Part shown: positions 1 through 13,579 of the stretch, one piece after another
How the letters are laid out: each line of letters opens with the position of its first letter
Numbering within the stretch: position 1 is the stretch's first letter
Assembly: GCA_951406725.2 (NCBI GenBank)
Contig: OX597828.1
Span: 35,650,001-35,714,000, forward strand
DNA length: 64,000 bases
DNA from: Octopus vulgaris
Lineage: Eukaryota
Direction: 5' to 3'
Notes under the pieces: model-generated
What the model was told of the DNA's origin: nothing
The model's input: only the letters and a program-made list of their open reading frames with translations
Database searches by the model: none
Translations under genes and position numbers: made by a program

Positions 1-375
1 TCTGTATCCTTCTTTATTTCGAGTATCTTGTGAGAGATTCAGTTGTTATTTTTAGGATGCCAAATGACCACGTACAGGTCCCTTCACTATGTCTATGCAT
101 TGAGTAAGGAGAGGTTGAGCGTGACAAATGACTTCCCACTGTAACAAATCGTGCAGTTGCAATAAATGTTTTGTAACCAAACCCAGTGGTATGTGGCGGG
201 GATGGTGGTGATGATGGCGGTAGTGCGAGGTGTAACAGAATAACTATTTAAGTTCCTCGAGAACCTAACGAATATATATATATGCGTGCATGCATGTATG
301 TGTGTATCTGATGTATGTATACACACACACACACATATATATATATGTACATATAGTGTGTGTCTATGCATATGT

Positions 376-429
<54 letters not shown>

Positions 430-621
430 GTGTGTGTGTGTATTTTCATATGTATATGCATCATTGAGCACAATTGTTAGTCCAAGTTTTCCATAATGAA
501 ATAAATCAAATCAGTTATAAAAGTACACACACATGCACACACACACACATCTATATGTATATATACACATACAGATACACACACACATATAAGTATATAT
601 ATATACATACATACATATATG

Positions 622-674
<53 letters not shown>

Positions 675-704
675 ACACACATACGTATATATTCATACAT
701 GCAT

Positions 705-756
<52 letters not shown>

Positions 757-1384
757 CATATACATGTGTGTGTGTGTGCTTACACACACGCACATAAACA
801 TTTTAGTTGCTGTGTCTAGTAGAAGCAATGTTCCATGTCATGACCATTGTAAAGCTTCGTAGCACAACGACCCACCCAGCACTTTTAACATGTATTAAGA
901 ACTCATAGTCAGAGATGAGGATACATCAGTAGATTTCCCTGGGGCCATGCTGTTCCTTCTGACAAGGGTTTCAAAGTTTTGGGGCCGTTTCTAAGATTTG
1001 CAATCATTACCATCATTGATTCAATGTTTATATCAACGTGGAGTTTGACAGAATTAGAGATAAGATGCTGAGATGTGGTGGTGGTGGTGGTGGTGGTGGT
1101 GGTGGTGGTGGTGGTGGTTGTATTAGTCACGTTAGGGATGGTGATGGTGGTGGCAGTAGTAGTAGTGTTAGTAGCTCTGGTAAGTGATATTGACATTATT
1201 CACATTTAAGCACATGCATACACACACACACACACATACACACATGCACATACACACTCACATTTACACACATTCACACACTTATAGTGTATCACATGAT
1301 AGACCAATGCACACAAACACACACTTTCAAACATATATTTATATATAAACACACACACAAACACATACACACACACACACACAT

Positions 1385-1419
<35 letters not shown>

Positions 1420-2741
1420 CAGGTATATACACTTATATGTACACACACACACACACAATTCGTTGGAGACTTTTAGATAGCAGTCAACCCCAGTAGCAAT
1501 TGAAATCAGAACGTAAAGATGGACAAAATACTGCTAAGCTTTTTGCCCTGCGTGCAAACAATTCTGCCAGCTTGTCACCTTAGGAGTTCCAGTCATGACC
1601 ATCCCATCTTTTCCTTGTTTTTTTTTCACCCTGTATTGTATCTAACAACACATGAAATTTAATCTCCCAAATCTTGTCAGTGACCAGGTCACAGTTTGTA
1701 TGATCAAAATCTTGATATCTAACAATAAACCTCAAGTGAAGTTAGTAGTCTTTGTATGTTTCTCAATGGCCAGTATGAGTCTACCACACTGCAATCGGTT
1801 TAGTTTTGACATGTGATCTCAGATCAAATCACTTGCCTAGCAAATATACCTCTAGAGTTCTGTTAAGTAAAAAATATAAAAAAGACAAGGGTATGATTTT
1901 AAAGAGAGATTTGGCTACTATTTTCAGCAGGTCATAAAAAAAATACAAATGGTATAGAGTACTCGTCACCATCTCACTACAAAGATTCCACTTCGTTATG
2001 AGCTCGTTAGAACAGCCCAGTCATTGTCTAGTAATGAACTGATAATTCTGTAATGACGAAATTTGCAGAAGCGTTCTTGTAATAAATTAAATTTCTTGGT
2101 GGAAATCCCTTAAGTGATTGAATTATCTTTGTTTCTGCTATTTGGTCTGGTCAGAAGTAAGACAACAACAACAACAACAACAACAACAACACAGTGAACT
2201 GTATATTGGAAGCTATTGATTTATGCTCAATGTCCATCTCTCCGCCTTTCCTCCGACATCTCTTTCATTTTGTCTCATACATGCTAATATTGCTGATAGG
2301 TTTAATTCATTCAAGACATCCCCACCTACTACTACTGCCTCCTCCTCCTCCACCGCCTCCATTTCTTCTTATTCTTCTTTTCCTCTTTCTCCACTTCTCC
2401 TCCTTCTTCTCCTCTTCCTCCTCCTCATCCCGAACCTATCTGTTAGTCCTTTTTTATATATAGCTGTGTGTGAGTGTGTGTATGTATTTATGTATGCATA
2501 GGTATGTATGTATGTATGTATGTATGTATGTATGTATGATTGTGTGTATGTATGTATGATTGTGTGTATGTATGTATGATTGTGTGTATGTATGTATGTA
2601 TGTATGTATCTATGTATGTATGTATGTTTGTATATATGTATGTATTCACATATACATACAACAATATGAACTTATGTGTTTACCATTGCTGTGAGGATAC
2701 CATTCTGTACTGACCATATATATATATACATACATACATAC

Positions 2742-2799
<58 letters not shown>

Positions 2800-3156
2800 T
2801 CATAAATTCCTTTTTTCCTGTACATTGCTCGCAGTCATTGGTGAAGTGAAGGCACGTATTCGTCATTAACCCTAACCCCTACTTCCAAACAGGATACTTT
2901 CCCTTAATGCAGGCATGGGTTTTATGGAAGATTATTTACAAACCCCCATCACTTGCATAGCAGTTATGTTTGCTTTCAAATAGCATGTGATATCAAGACA
3001 AGGAGACACACAGATACACAAACACACACCCCTGTGTGTATGTATATTTATATATCATATTATCTATATGCATACATACATGAGCATATATGTATACACA
3101 CACACATACATACATACATACATACATAAATACATACATACTTACATACATACATA

Positions 3157-3194
<38 letters not shown>

Positions 3195-5012
3195 CATATA
3201 TACATATATCAGGGATGTGCTACCTGGGTAGGCAAAGTAGGCAGTGCCTACCTTCAATCAAATAGTTTGATAGTAACTTTTTCCTTTTATGGCAAAATAT
3301 GCACCTAATTCGATAAAATAATGAAGGTTACTCTGGTCACTATGCATAAAATGCAAAATATTTGATTTTTTTGTAGATAAGGTAGGCATAATTCGCCCCT
3401 GCCTTTCAATCTCAGTATTAAAGCTACTCATAATACTGCTGCAGTACATGTGTTGTGTACATTCCTACAACAACGTTTTCTTTATGTGCTATAAAGGCAG
3501 AAGTAAATCTGCCTTCAACTCAGTCATGCACCTGCGATTCACTCATTTTTTCCTGTGTTTTACAACATAAAGGGCGCCAACTACCTACTCTGAGTAATTA
3601 CTCAATGCACATGCCTGATATATATTTATATATATACACACATTCCTACATACATACACAAACAGATATGTGTGTGTATACATATGTGATAAAAAATGTA
3701 GTGTTTCTCAGAATGACTGGAACTGTTGTAACTTGATCCTTTTCAAATATTTGTTTTGTGCATGATTACCTGTGTAATGGTTATTGTTTGTTTCTTCAAC
3801 ACTGAATCTCCAAATAAATTTCAAGATTACAGTACTTTCCTAGGCACTAATCAAATTTGTTGTTGTGTTGGTATAGGCAATTTTTATACAAATATACTCA
3901 TCAATCAATAACTGCTGATCAAGGTGTCTGCTGTGATATATGTATGCTATATTATATATCACATTTGGCATTTCATTTGTATCACAAGGCTCTATTTCAG
4001 CTTGGGACTCTTTGTAATATAGATTGCATTTGAATAAAAGCACAGGTCTTATTAAAGGTGATTTTGTCTCTCAAGAAAGTGCTTAGGAGAAAATTTCCTG
4101 TCTTATCAAAATGCATTTCCAAAATGATCACAAATTCTTTGAGCTATTTCAAGAGAAACAACATAAATGTAACTTTTAATTGATCACATTCAGTATTATC
4201 TTGTGTCAAAATGCCAAACTATTTGCAAAGAGACCAAGTCAACTGCTGAACTATGGCGCTCACATACAAACATAGCATACACACACACACACACACACAC
4301 ACACATGCATGCACGCACAAGCATGTGCACATTCATGTATGCACACACTGTAGGAGGCAAGAACAGAAGTGTGAAATCATTTACTAACAACATAAATTTC
4401 TGAGTCTCAAGGGTAATATTTAACAACATGGTCATCATTACATAATTGTTTCAGAAATACATATAATGATGTTAAAAGTAAATAATTTCATGTTATATCT
4501 CTTTTTTCGTACTCTTTTTCATACTCTTTGACCATTATAGCCAACAAAGCTGTAACATGAAATTAACTGTGTAATAACATGAATTTTCTTCACAGGCAGC
4601 TGTTTTCGAGTATAATGGGAAATTTGGAGTTAAAATACAACAGTTATATCCTGAGCATTTTAACAGGCAGTTAGTGTTGTGAATATGTATGTGTGTATAT
4701 ACATATGTATATGTATACACACACACACACGTATAAAATATATACGTATATTAAAATGCTAGTATGGAACAGGAACATTTAATGACTATATGTATATGTA
4801 TGTGTATATATACATATATAAATATGTATGTATGTATGTATGTATGTATATGTATAAAGTTCATTTGAATATATTTATTTTTTATTTCAGTTATATTATG
4901 AATAAAATAAATGCAATCATGCCACACCTGATCTCACCTATTTTTTTCCAATAATAATAATTTTATAATTTATTTATTTTCTGTCTAATTTATTTCATTA
5001 CTTCCTGCCCAG

Positions 5013-5107
5013 ATACGAAGACATCGACGACAGCCACACAAGCCCAGTGTCAGAGCTTCGAACTAGCCTCGGTGAACAATGCGACCACTACCACAATGAC
5101 AACATCA
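5013..5107 (+). CDS. Candidate internal exon of an unidentified plus-strand gene
   Basis: Polypyrimidine tract ...cttcctgcccag| and donor |gtgagt. GC-richer, CpG-containing 95-nt island. Two frames open (DTKTSTTATQ...TTS or YEDIDDSHTSP...DNI). Confidence 0.45.
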
Positions 5108-6240
5108 GTGAGTTGTTCTATCATATTCCTAACATTCTCCTTCTTTTCTTCTTCACCTCTCCTTCCTTTTTTCACAACCATCAGAACATGAAGCGCTCCT
5201 TACGAACGCAGGTTTGTGAGATGGTTGTGACCTGTAAACAGTTTTGAGTAGGAACCAGAAAAAGAAGTATGAACACACAATGCACATGTGCACACTGAAT
5301 TCATAAAATGGGAGAGAAGCCATAAGATGGTCTGTGTGCCATATCATCTAGAAAACAAGTCGAAATTTTTTGGACCAAAATTTACATCCAAAACAATATA
5401 GGTCTACTTATATGACACGATAAACTTTGGAGGTCCAACAGTTCTATATAAAATACAGTAGGATTTGGAAAGATTGTGACGATGTTGGAATGTTTACATT
5501 ACATATTTACACTGTACACTATGTTGACTTGTATGGTGGAAAATATGGTACACTTCTTAATGTTACTTCTCCATAGTCTCCCTATAAACTCGTAAGATAC
5601 TATATTACGTGTGTGTGTGTGTGTGTATTCTGCTCATATACATATACACATAGACATATGAGTACACAAACAGAAGGGAGGAAAAGTACTCAATATATGT
5701 AGCTGTAAAGGACCATTCTTTGGAGCTGGTGATTTGTTGCATCACTACTCCAATTCTTTGTTAATTGTGATCCTTCTTGGACATCCTTTTATCACACGAA
5801 AGATTCCCATACCAAAGTTCTCTGTAATGATACAGGGAATCATGGGTTTGGTTATACATACACATATATGTATGTGTGTGTGTATATATATATATATATA
5901 TTTATGAGCAAAAACATTCAAATGTTTACATTCAAAGTAAGATGTTACTATTGTTAGTACCATTTGTGGCAAATATTTTCTATTGATAAAATTAACAGCA
6001 GCAACATAGGAGGTTCACAGGTTTAATAACATTATAAGTTATAAAATATAAAATTAGCACGAAGCCTCAAGGATGCTGTGAGCATCAACCTATTTAGAAA
6101 TGAGAGCTAGAGTCTCAGTTCATCTGCCAGAAGGCACCAAACTAATAGAAAATAACAGTATGCAAGGAAATGGACAAAGAATTAAAAAGTATATCTATAA
6201 AGTTTATGCCATTCAGATGATCATATACCATGGTTTCAGG

Positions 6241-6381
6241 TATGTGTATTATTTTTATTAATATTTAGCAGAAGCATCAAAATGACTCAAAGGGCCAAGA
6301 GTTTTGTGCAAGGGTTTTGTGAAACTCTTGGCCCTCAAATCACTCTGTTACTCGTGCTAAATATTAATAAAAATATACATA
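6241..6381. repeat. Diverged fold-back with arms of about 63 bp
   Basis: tttttattaatatttagca...gggccaagagttt / aaactcttggccc...tgctaaatattaataaaaa. Confidence 0.75.
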
Positions 6382-6518
6382 TATATTCATATTTTGAGTT
6401 CTATTTATCCTGTTTGCATCACTATATCTGTACATACATTTATATATATATAAGAATTTTTGTGTAATAAGATAAAAAACCAAGGCTGTATAGATATTAG
6501 AGCATTTATAGATAGAAG

Positions 6519-6570
6519 GTCTTACAGCTATTTCTAGTATGTTTATTAATAATATCCCTTCATCGGAGAC
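6519..6570 (-). ncRNA. Degenerate Penelope-type hammerhead motif
   Basis: Minus strand: GUCU CCGAUGA agggauau...auacua GAAA uagcug UA AGAC. Near-palindromic stem III, U4C variant, decayed stem II. Confidence 0.55.
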
Positions 6571-6987
6571 GGTGTGAGAGGGTAGTTATATATATATATA
6601 TATATATATAGCACAAATAAAGGTTACAAACCTCATACAGAGATAGCATAATCCTCTGAAAGTACTGGTTAGTTAACTATGTTAAAGAATGTTGAACATT
6701 ACAGTTAATACTCAATCGCAATGTAACTATATAAACCGTAGTTTATTTATATTTATCTATTATAATAAGATGAGAAACAGTTTGCAGCCATTTACTCTAC
6801 ATGCTAGAATTGAACACCTATCCTGTATATCTTAAACTACCTCTGATTCGACTTTTAAATCATTTTTGATTTAATTAATTAATTTTCTGAAGGTCTGGAA
6901 TTGAAACAGCTGTAAGGGATCTTTGTCAATTTCTTAATTAATAAAAAATAATTTATTAATTACTTCTCTATTTTTCTCATCTTATCA

Positions 6988-7072
<85 letters not shown>

Positions 7073-7114
7073 ATGTGTGTGTGTGTGTGTATGTGTGTGT
7101 GTGTGTGTGTGTGT

Positions 7115-7435
7115 GAAGGCACATGGCTTAGTGGTTAGGGCATTCTGCTCACGATTGTAAGGTCATGAGTTCAATTCCCAATGACATGTTGTGTCTTTGA
7201 GCAAGACACTTTTTTTCAAGTTGCTCCAGTCCATTCGGGTGGCAAAAATGAATAGTACATGTATTTCAAAGGGCCAGCCTTGTGACACACTGTGTCACAC
7301 TGAATTTCCTTGAGAACTACACATTAAGGGTACATATGTCTGTGGAGTGCTCACCCATTTGCACGCTAATTTCACAACCAAACTTTCCCATTGATCGTAT
7401 CAGCTGGGACCCTCATCATCATAACTGACAGTGCT

Positions 7436-7437
<2 letters not shown>
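7115..7437 (+). mobile_element. tRNA-derived SINE, family B
   Basis: A box tggcttagtgg and B box gagttcaattcc. Homologous copies at about 9401-9712, 47322-47610 and 31020-31196. Confidence 0.8.
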
Positions 7438-7478
<41 letters not shown>

Positions 7479-7505
7479 TTTATTAGAAGCAGCAGAAATA
7501 TCACA

Positions 7506-7551
7506 AAAACTGTTATTCAGAGTTTCATGTTCCCATTCATCAGACAGTTTT
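7506..7551 (-). ncRNA. Minimal hammerhead ribozyme motif
   Basis: Minus strand: AAAACUGU CUGAUGA AUG-ggaa-CAU GAAA cucugaaU A ACAGUUUU. 8-bp stem I, intact core, one mismatch in stem III. Confidence 0.7.
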
Positions 7552-8714
7552 GGTAGAATCTAACAAAACTGTCTAACGAACATGTGTGTTTGTATGTATT
7601 TGCTCCACTGGCATAGGTCTCAGGGTCATTGAAGCACACAAGCTACAACATCAGGACAAGATCTGGACCTTGTGGTAGCAACAGGAAAAGTACTTAGTGA
7701 CAAAAGTATTGCTTCAAATAAATACACATCCAACCTATGCCACCATTGGAAAATGGACGTGAAACCAACAAATGAATGAACAATGTTATTTCTTTGCATT
7801 TATTACTATTAAATATTGGACAATATTACCTAATATGTCCTTTTGTATGATAGCATGTGATCATTGGGAGATTTGGCTGCTATTTCTAGCAGGCTCCTTC
7901 TTACATTGTTGTTTAGCTTCAAGGCAGCTTTGATAAAGCAAACCTGTTTTCATATACATTCCATCAAATGACCATTCCATATTTTCATACATCTAGGACT
8001 ACGATATCCATCTTTTTAAAAAATAAGTAGATAGGGTGTATTTTGAGAAAGATTTGGTTGTTATTTCTAGCAGGACAGGTGAGTGACCACTTATAACCAT
8101 CCATCCAAACTGTTGTTGTTATTGTTGTTGTTGTTGTTGTTTAGACCTGTGTTAGATCTGATTGAGAAGGCCCCTTATCAGATGCAATCCAGCCCCAAAC
8201 ATCACTTCATCTATTTATTATTTCTTTTTGTAAATGCTAAGAAGGTGCAAGATTTTTGGAAGATTCGGCTGCTATTTCTAGCACATCAGGCAATCACACT
8301 GAGGCCACTCTTGTTACCCTCCCTACATTTTTACATCCAGTTCTTCCCAAGACAAATTCATTGCAAATTATCACTGCATTTAATCTAAGTTTAGCACTGC
8401 CCCACTGCCCACCACATCCCCCCTTCTCTTGTGCCAATGACCATCTAATAAATGAAACTTTCTCAATAAGAATTTCAAGAGCCTGCAATTGCAGTCTTGC
8501 AAACAATTCTACATACTAAAATAGAATGGTTACTATAAAAGAGAATTATTGTTATGCAATAACTTTCGACAGATGCTCTTTAAATGTTCATCATTCACTG
8601 ATTTGATTCCAAACCATGTGACCATGGGAAGTCCATTGACCACTGGACAGGAATAGCCAGTGTCCGGTCATCCTAGTTGTGATTCAGACAAAACTGAAAT
8701 TATAAATTTTTAAT

Positions 8715-8800
<86 letters not shown>

Positions 8801-8825
8801 TTGCCCACACATTTACATACACACA

Positions 8826-9075
8826 CATCATCATCATCATTATCATTTAACGTCTGTTTTCCATGCTGGCATGGGTTGGACGGATTGATAGGACCTAGTA
8901 CAGTCAGGAGCCACATCAGGCTTCGTTATCTATTTTGGTATGGTTTCTACAACTGGATAACCTTTCTAATGCCAACCACTTTACACAGTGTACTATGTTC
9001 TTTTTATGTGGCACCAAGAACCAATGCTTTTTTATTTGACACCAAGGACCAGTGATTCTTATGTGGCATCAACAC
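8826..9075 (-). mobile_element. RTE-like 3' tail
   Basis: (cat)n tttaacgtctgttttccatgctggcatgggttggacgg is the reverse complement of the 13.9 kb tail. Confidence 0.65.
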
Positions 9076-9400
9076 CAGAGGTATATCTGATCCCTCAACA
9101 CTTGTTCATTATATTTCCCTTCTTACCCATTCTCTATCTCTAACCATCTCTCACTCACTTATACACTCGTGCAATCTCTACCAACCCTTCCCTACTCACT
9201 TCTTCTCACCTCTTGAGGGTCCACCATAGCACCTGATTACTACTGCTTCTGTCTCCCTGTAGCCCCACTTCAGCCACTCTGGCCCTCTTTTCTATAATGT
9301 GAGAAGCTATATAAGTCTTCAACAGCATGAAAACCTGTTCTATCCTGGCCCTTTCTTGCTCACTTTAACACTTCATCCTCTTGTAAAAAGTGAATTCATA

Positions 9401-9712
9401 TAGTTTAGTGTTTAGTGTATTTAGCTCAAAATCACATCTTTGTGAGTTCAATTCCCAGGGGTATGCAGTGTCCTTGAGTAAGATGCCTTATGTCATGTTG
9501 CTCCAGTCCACTCAGCTGGTTAAAAATGAGTTGTAACTGTAATTCAAAGGGCCAGCTTTATCACTTTCTAAGTCACGCTAAAACTCCCTGAGAATAACAT
9601 TAATGTTAGGTATGTCTGTGGAGTACTCAGCCACTTGCATGTTTATTTCATGAGCAGGCTGTTCCACTGATCAGATCAACTGCAATACACTTTGCCATAA
9701 ATGGCAGAGTGC
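9401..9712 (+). mobile_element. tRNA-derived SINE, family B
   Basis: Colinear with 7115-7437 (ttgctccagtccactcagctgg, tcaaagggccagc, tgtctgtggagtactcagccac). Confidence 0.75.
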
Positions 9713-10234
9713 CTAGCCAGCCAAAGGGCCATCTGCCCCTTGACTGGAGCCCATTCAGTTGGAAAGCTTCATAGCATTTTAGTGTGCGTGGCAACTTCAC
9801 TATTTACCCACAGTAAAAAGGTTGGCTTTAAAAAGGTCACGCAGCCATAGAAATTATGCCAAAACAGACATTGGAGCATGACGCTGTCTCCAGAATTTGT
9901 CAGAATCTGTCAAACCATCCAACTCATGCTAACATGGAACATGGCCATTAAAGGATGATGATGATGACGACGACGACAACGATGATGATGATGATGATGA
10001 TGATGTTGATGGTGATGATGATGACGGTGGTGGTGGTGGTGGTGGTGGTGCTGGTGGTGGTGCTGCTGCTGCTGCTGCTGGTGGTTGTTGTGATATACAC
10101 ACACAAAGAGGCACATGCACACATTCAGCATACATCCAAAGGGTTGCTATATACCAGATTTTAGTTATTGCATTAGTCAAATCAAGGATATGGTGAAAGA
10201 CATGTGCATATACATATATACATACATATATATA

Positions 10235-11462
10235 TTGGGTTGGCAACTAAGTTTCCACTGTTTTTTTTAATTTAAATTTTTAAAAAATTTTAATAAAAAA
10301 TAACAATTAATTAATCAATAATGTATTCACTCTTGTTGTTTATAACTTCTTCCCAACGTTCAACAAGATTTTCAATACCTCGTTGGTAGAAATCTTCCGA
10401 TTTTGACTCAAAAAATTGATCCAGCCAAGCTCTCAATTCTGCATCAGTATTGAATGAAACTCTATGCATAGCATTTGAAAGAGATCGAAAGAGGTGGAAA
10501 TCTGTTGGTGCCAAATCAGGAGGGTACGGCGGGTGTGACAGCACTTCCCAGCCATGCATTTGAATGGCTTCCTTGGTCATATTGGCGATATGAGGGCTGC
10601 CGTTGTCGTGCAGCAGAAGAACTCCATGCTGCCGATTAGGTCTTTTCTCTTGAATAGCCGTGTTGAGTCGTTCCATCTGTTGAACATAGAGTTCCGCGTT
10701 GACCGTTTGGTTCCGTTCAAGAAATTCGTAATGGATAATTCCTTCCCAGTCCCACCATACACACAACATTGTTTTATGTGGATGAAGATTTTGTTTCACA
10801 CATGGTATCACTTGTTTACCGGGGCTAAGCCATTCCTTATGCTGTTTCATATTATTGTACGGGCACCATTCTTCATTGCCAGTAATGATTCAGTAAAGAA
10901 ATCGCTGCTTATGTCCATGAGTTGAGCAGTGACAAGCAAGCAAACCAGCGGAGATTGTGGCTCATTGATTTTTGTTATTGTCACTTAAAGCATGCAGAAC
11001 CCATGCTCCATACTTCTGAAAATTTCCCACTGAGTGAAGATGCTTCTCTATAGCAGTGTGGGAGCATTCCATTTTCTCTGCTAGTTCCCTTGTTTGACGA
11101 GAATTTTCATGCAAATTTGGTTTAATCGCTTTTCATCAAACTCAACTGGGCGGCCAGAACGCGGTGCATCTTTGAGGTCAAAATTTCTATTTTTGAGCTT
11201 GGCATACCAATCCCGAGTGGTTCTTTCAGTTATGGCATCCTTTCCATACACAGCTCAAATGTCGCGAGTAGCTTTTGCGGCCTTAGAACCTTGATTAAAA
11301 GCAAAAAGAAGGATGTGTCAAAAGTGCTCGTTTTTCTTAACTTGACATTCCATTTTAATGATCTGAAAATAAACAAAAATTAACTAAAATTAACTAGAAA
11401 AAAAAAAACAAAATAGATTCCAAAATTTAAAGAAAATGGTAGCAACTTAGTTGCCAATCCAA
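10235..11462 (-). mobile_element. Full-length mariner (Tc1/mariner DD34D) transposon, inactive
   Basis: Imperfect TIRs ttgggttggcaactaagtt / aacttagttgccaatccaa, TA on both sides, 1228 bp, encloses a transposase pseudogene. Confidence 0.95.
10311..11353 (-). pseudogene. Mariner transposase pseudogene
   Basis: ATG at 11353 gives MECQVKKNEHF*HILLFAF...RSGRP. WVLHAL (WVPHEL-like) is present. HDNGSPH...YPPDLAPTD has 34 residues between the catalytic Asps. In-frame stops and frameshifts in the 5' half. Confidence 0.93.
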
Positions 11463-11475
11463 TATATATATATAT

Positions 11476-11797
11476 ATTCTACTGTGTCTGGGGAGAGTCA
11501 TATTCTTTTTGTGCCTTATAATTTAACACACTCACCAGTAAAATTTCCACTTATTTCTTATTTTTATTTTCCTAAAATTTTCGTTGCATCTTGCAACCTT
11601 TTCCATAGTCTTGACTCTATGCATAGCATTTGAAAGAGATAGAAAGAGGTGAAAATAGTCAAGACTACTGAAAATGTTGCAAGACACAACGAAAATTTTA
11701 GGAGAATAAAAATAAGAAATAAGTGGAAATTTTACCAGTGAGTGTGTTAAATTATAAGGCACACAAAGAAAATTACTCTCACCAGACACAACAGAAT
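11476..11797. mobile_element. Fold-back element beside the mariner's TA flank
   Basis: Inverted arms of about 140 bp (11476-11616, 11657-11797). The 40-nt loop matches mariner sequence at 10462-10501. Degenerate hammerhead cta-CTGAAAA-t-gttgc..acaac-GAAA-attt-tag in the right arm. Confidence 0.8.
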
Positions 11798-11972
11798 ATG
11801 CTTCAACACACGAACTCACATAAAGAATCTTGCAAACCAAATCCAAAAACCAAACATATATATATATTCATATGCATATATTTATATATATATATATATA
11901 TATAAGAATGAGTAAAAGTTCAAAAGAAATGCTCATAAACATATCAGCATTATTATTATTATTATTATTATT

Positions 11973-12193
11973 GCCTTTGCACAGCTTCTAAAGCTGGAGA
12001 TGTACTACGGTGTCAGCTGTTCACTAGCAGTGAACTAAGGTAATACACCTTATTTTTCAAGCACCATTTGGAGTGTATTCAAGCGGTTCCAAGCAGTGCT
12101 GTTTTCTGCAAGTGCTCCACCCTTATTGCAACGCCCATTTGTTCCATGTACTTCTGGAGATTTTTACTCACTGTTCCCTGGGCTCTGACAATT
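11973..12193 (-). mobile_element. 3' end of an R4/Dong-like restriction-endonuclease LINE inserted in (TAA)n
   Basis: Minus strand encodes IVRAQGTVSKNLQKYMEQMGVAIRVEHLQKTALLGTA, a typical RLE-LINE C-terminus. A short 3'UTR follows; (ATT)n on both sides. Confidence 0.75.
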
Positions 12194-12227
12194 ATTATTG
12201 TTGTTATTATTATTATTATTATTATTA

Positions 12228-12327
<100 letters not shown>

Positions 12328-12855
12328 TACTATTGTTATTATCAGCGGCAAATCTAGCCAGAATTCAAAATCATGATCCAGGTATATCTGTTACCTAATT
12401 CTACAGCTTTTTAGCAGAGATCATTTGTTAAATTCCACTCGTTTGCCCAATTTCTTTTGGTCCGTTACATATTTTCAGTGAGATTAGCAGTTAAGTTGGA
12501 GGATTTTACTTCCACTCTCTAGCAAGCTGGTGCTTCGTATACCCTCTAATATATATATATATATGCACACACACACATACACACACACACACAATATGTC
12601 TTTATTTCTTTATTTTCTTTTACTTTACTTCTTGCATTGTTCTTCTCTCTGAGAGTTTTGTTTCCATTGATTTATTTATTATTTTTTTGTAAATTTTTTT
12701 TATTTGTCTTTTTTTGTTCATTTTATATTACATTTTATTTTATTTTATTTTTTATTTTCCTCGGCTTATTTTCCTTAGAAACTGAAAAAAAAAAAAAATA
12801 ACAACAATTATAATAAATCCTGCCAAATTGCTTAAAGCTTGGTTTCTTTTTCCAG

Positions 12856-12883
12856 ATACCTCCCCCTCACATACACACGCCCA
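12856..12883 (+). CDS. Candidate 28-nt microexon
   Basis: Acceptor tttctttttccag| and consensus donor |gtaagt in non-repetitive flanks. No protein-level support. Confidence 0.3.
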
Positions 12884-13499
12884 GTAAGTATTGTACTGAA
12901 TCATAGACTGAAGCGCATTATCATTTATTCATTCTCTGCTGCATCTTTATTCTTTACTCATTAATAAATGCAAGACTTCTTAAGATAAAAAATAATAAAA
13001 AGCACCTTGTGTCATGGCAATCTTCAATTCAATGAATGAATATTTTTAATTACCCTCAATCCATGCATCTTAATTTTCTTAAACGATTCGTGAAGGACAT
13101 TAAAACTCACACCACCTGAGTCTCACATCTGAGCTTTGCAAAACGATATTTTCAATTTAAACACATGTTATAATATCACTACACATACATACATACATAC
13201 ATAAATACACACACACGTGTGCACACAGTTGTAATTGCATGCTTGCGGGACATGTAAACATACATGTGTGTGAGTGTGTGTGTGTGTGTGAGTGTGTGTT
13301 TATTCACACACACACAGACGCATATATATATATATATATATATATATACTTTTGTTTATATAAGCAGAGTAGCAACTTTACCAGCTTTGGAGACTATACT
13401 AAATCATACATACACACACACACAAACACATATCATATATATATACATACATATATATATATATATGTGTATATACATATATATATATATATATATATG

Positions 13500-13555
<56 letters not shown>

Positions 13556-13579
13556 CATACATATATATATATATATACA

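Noticed and set aside
2866-2880. Telomere-like taaccctaacccc
   Set aside because: Only two units; expected by chance.
7115-7190. tRNA genes at SINE heads (also 14610-14685, 31020, 48555, 62642)
   Set aside because: A and B boxes are present but there is no convincing cloverleaf, and each continues into a repeated SINE body.
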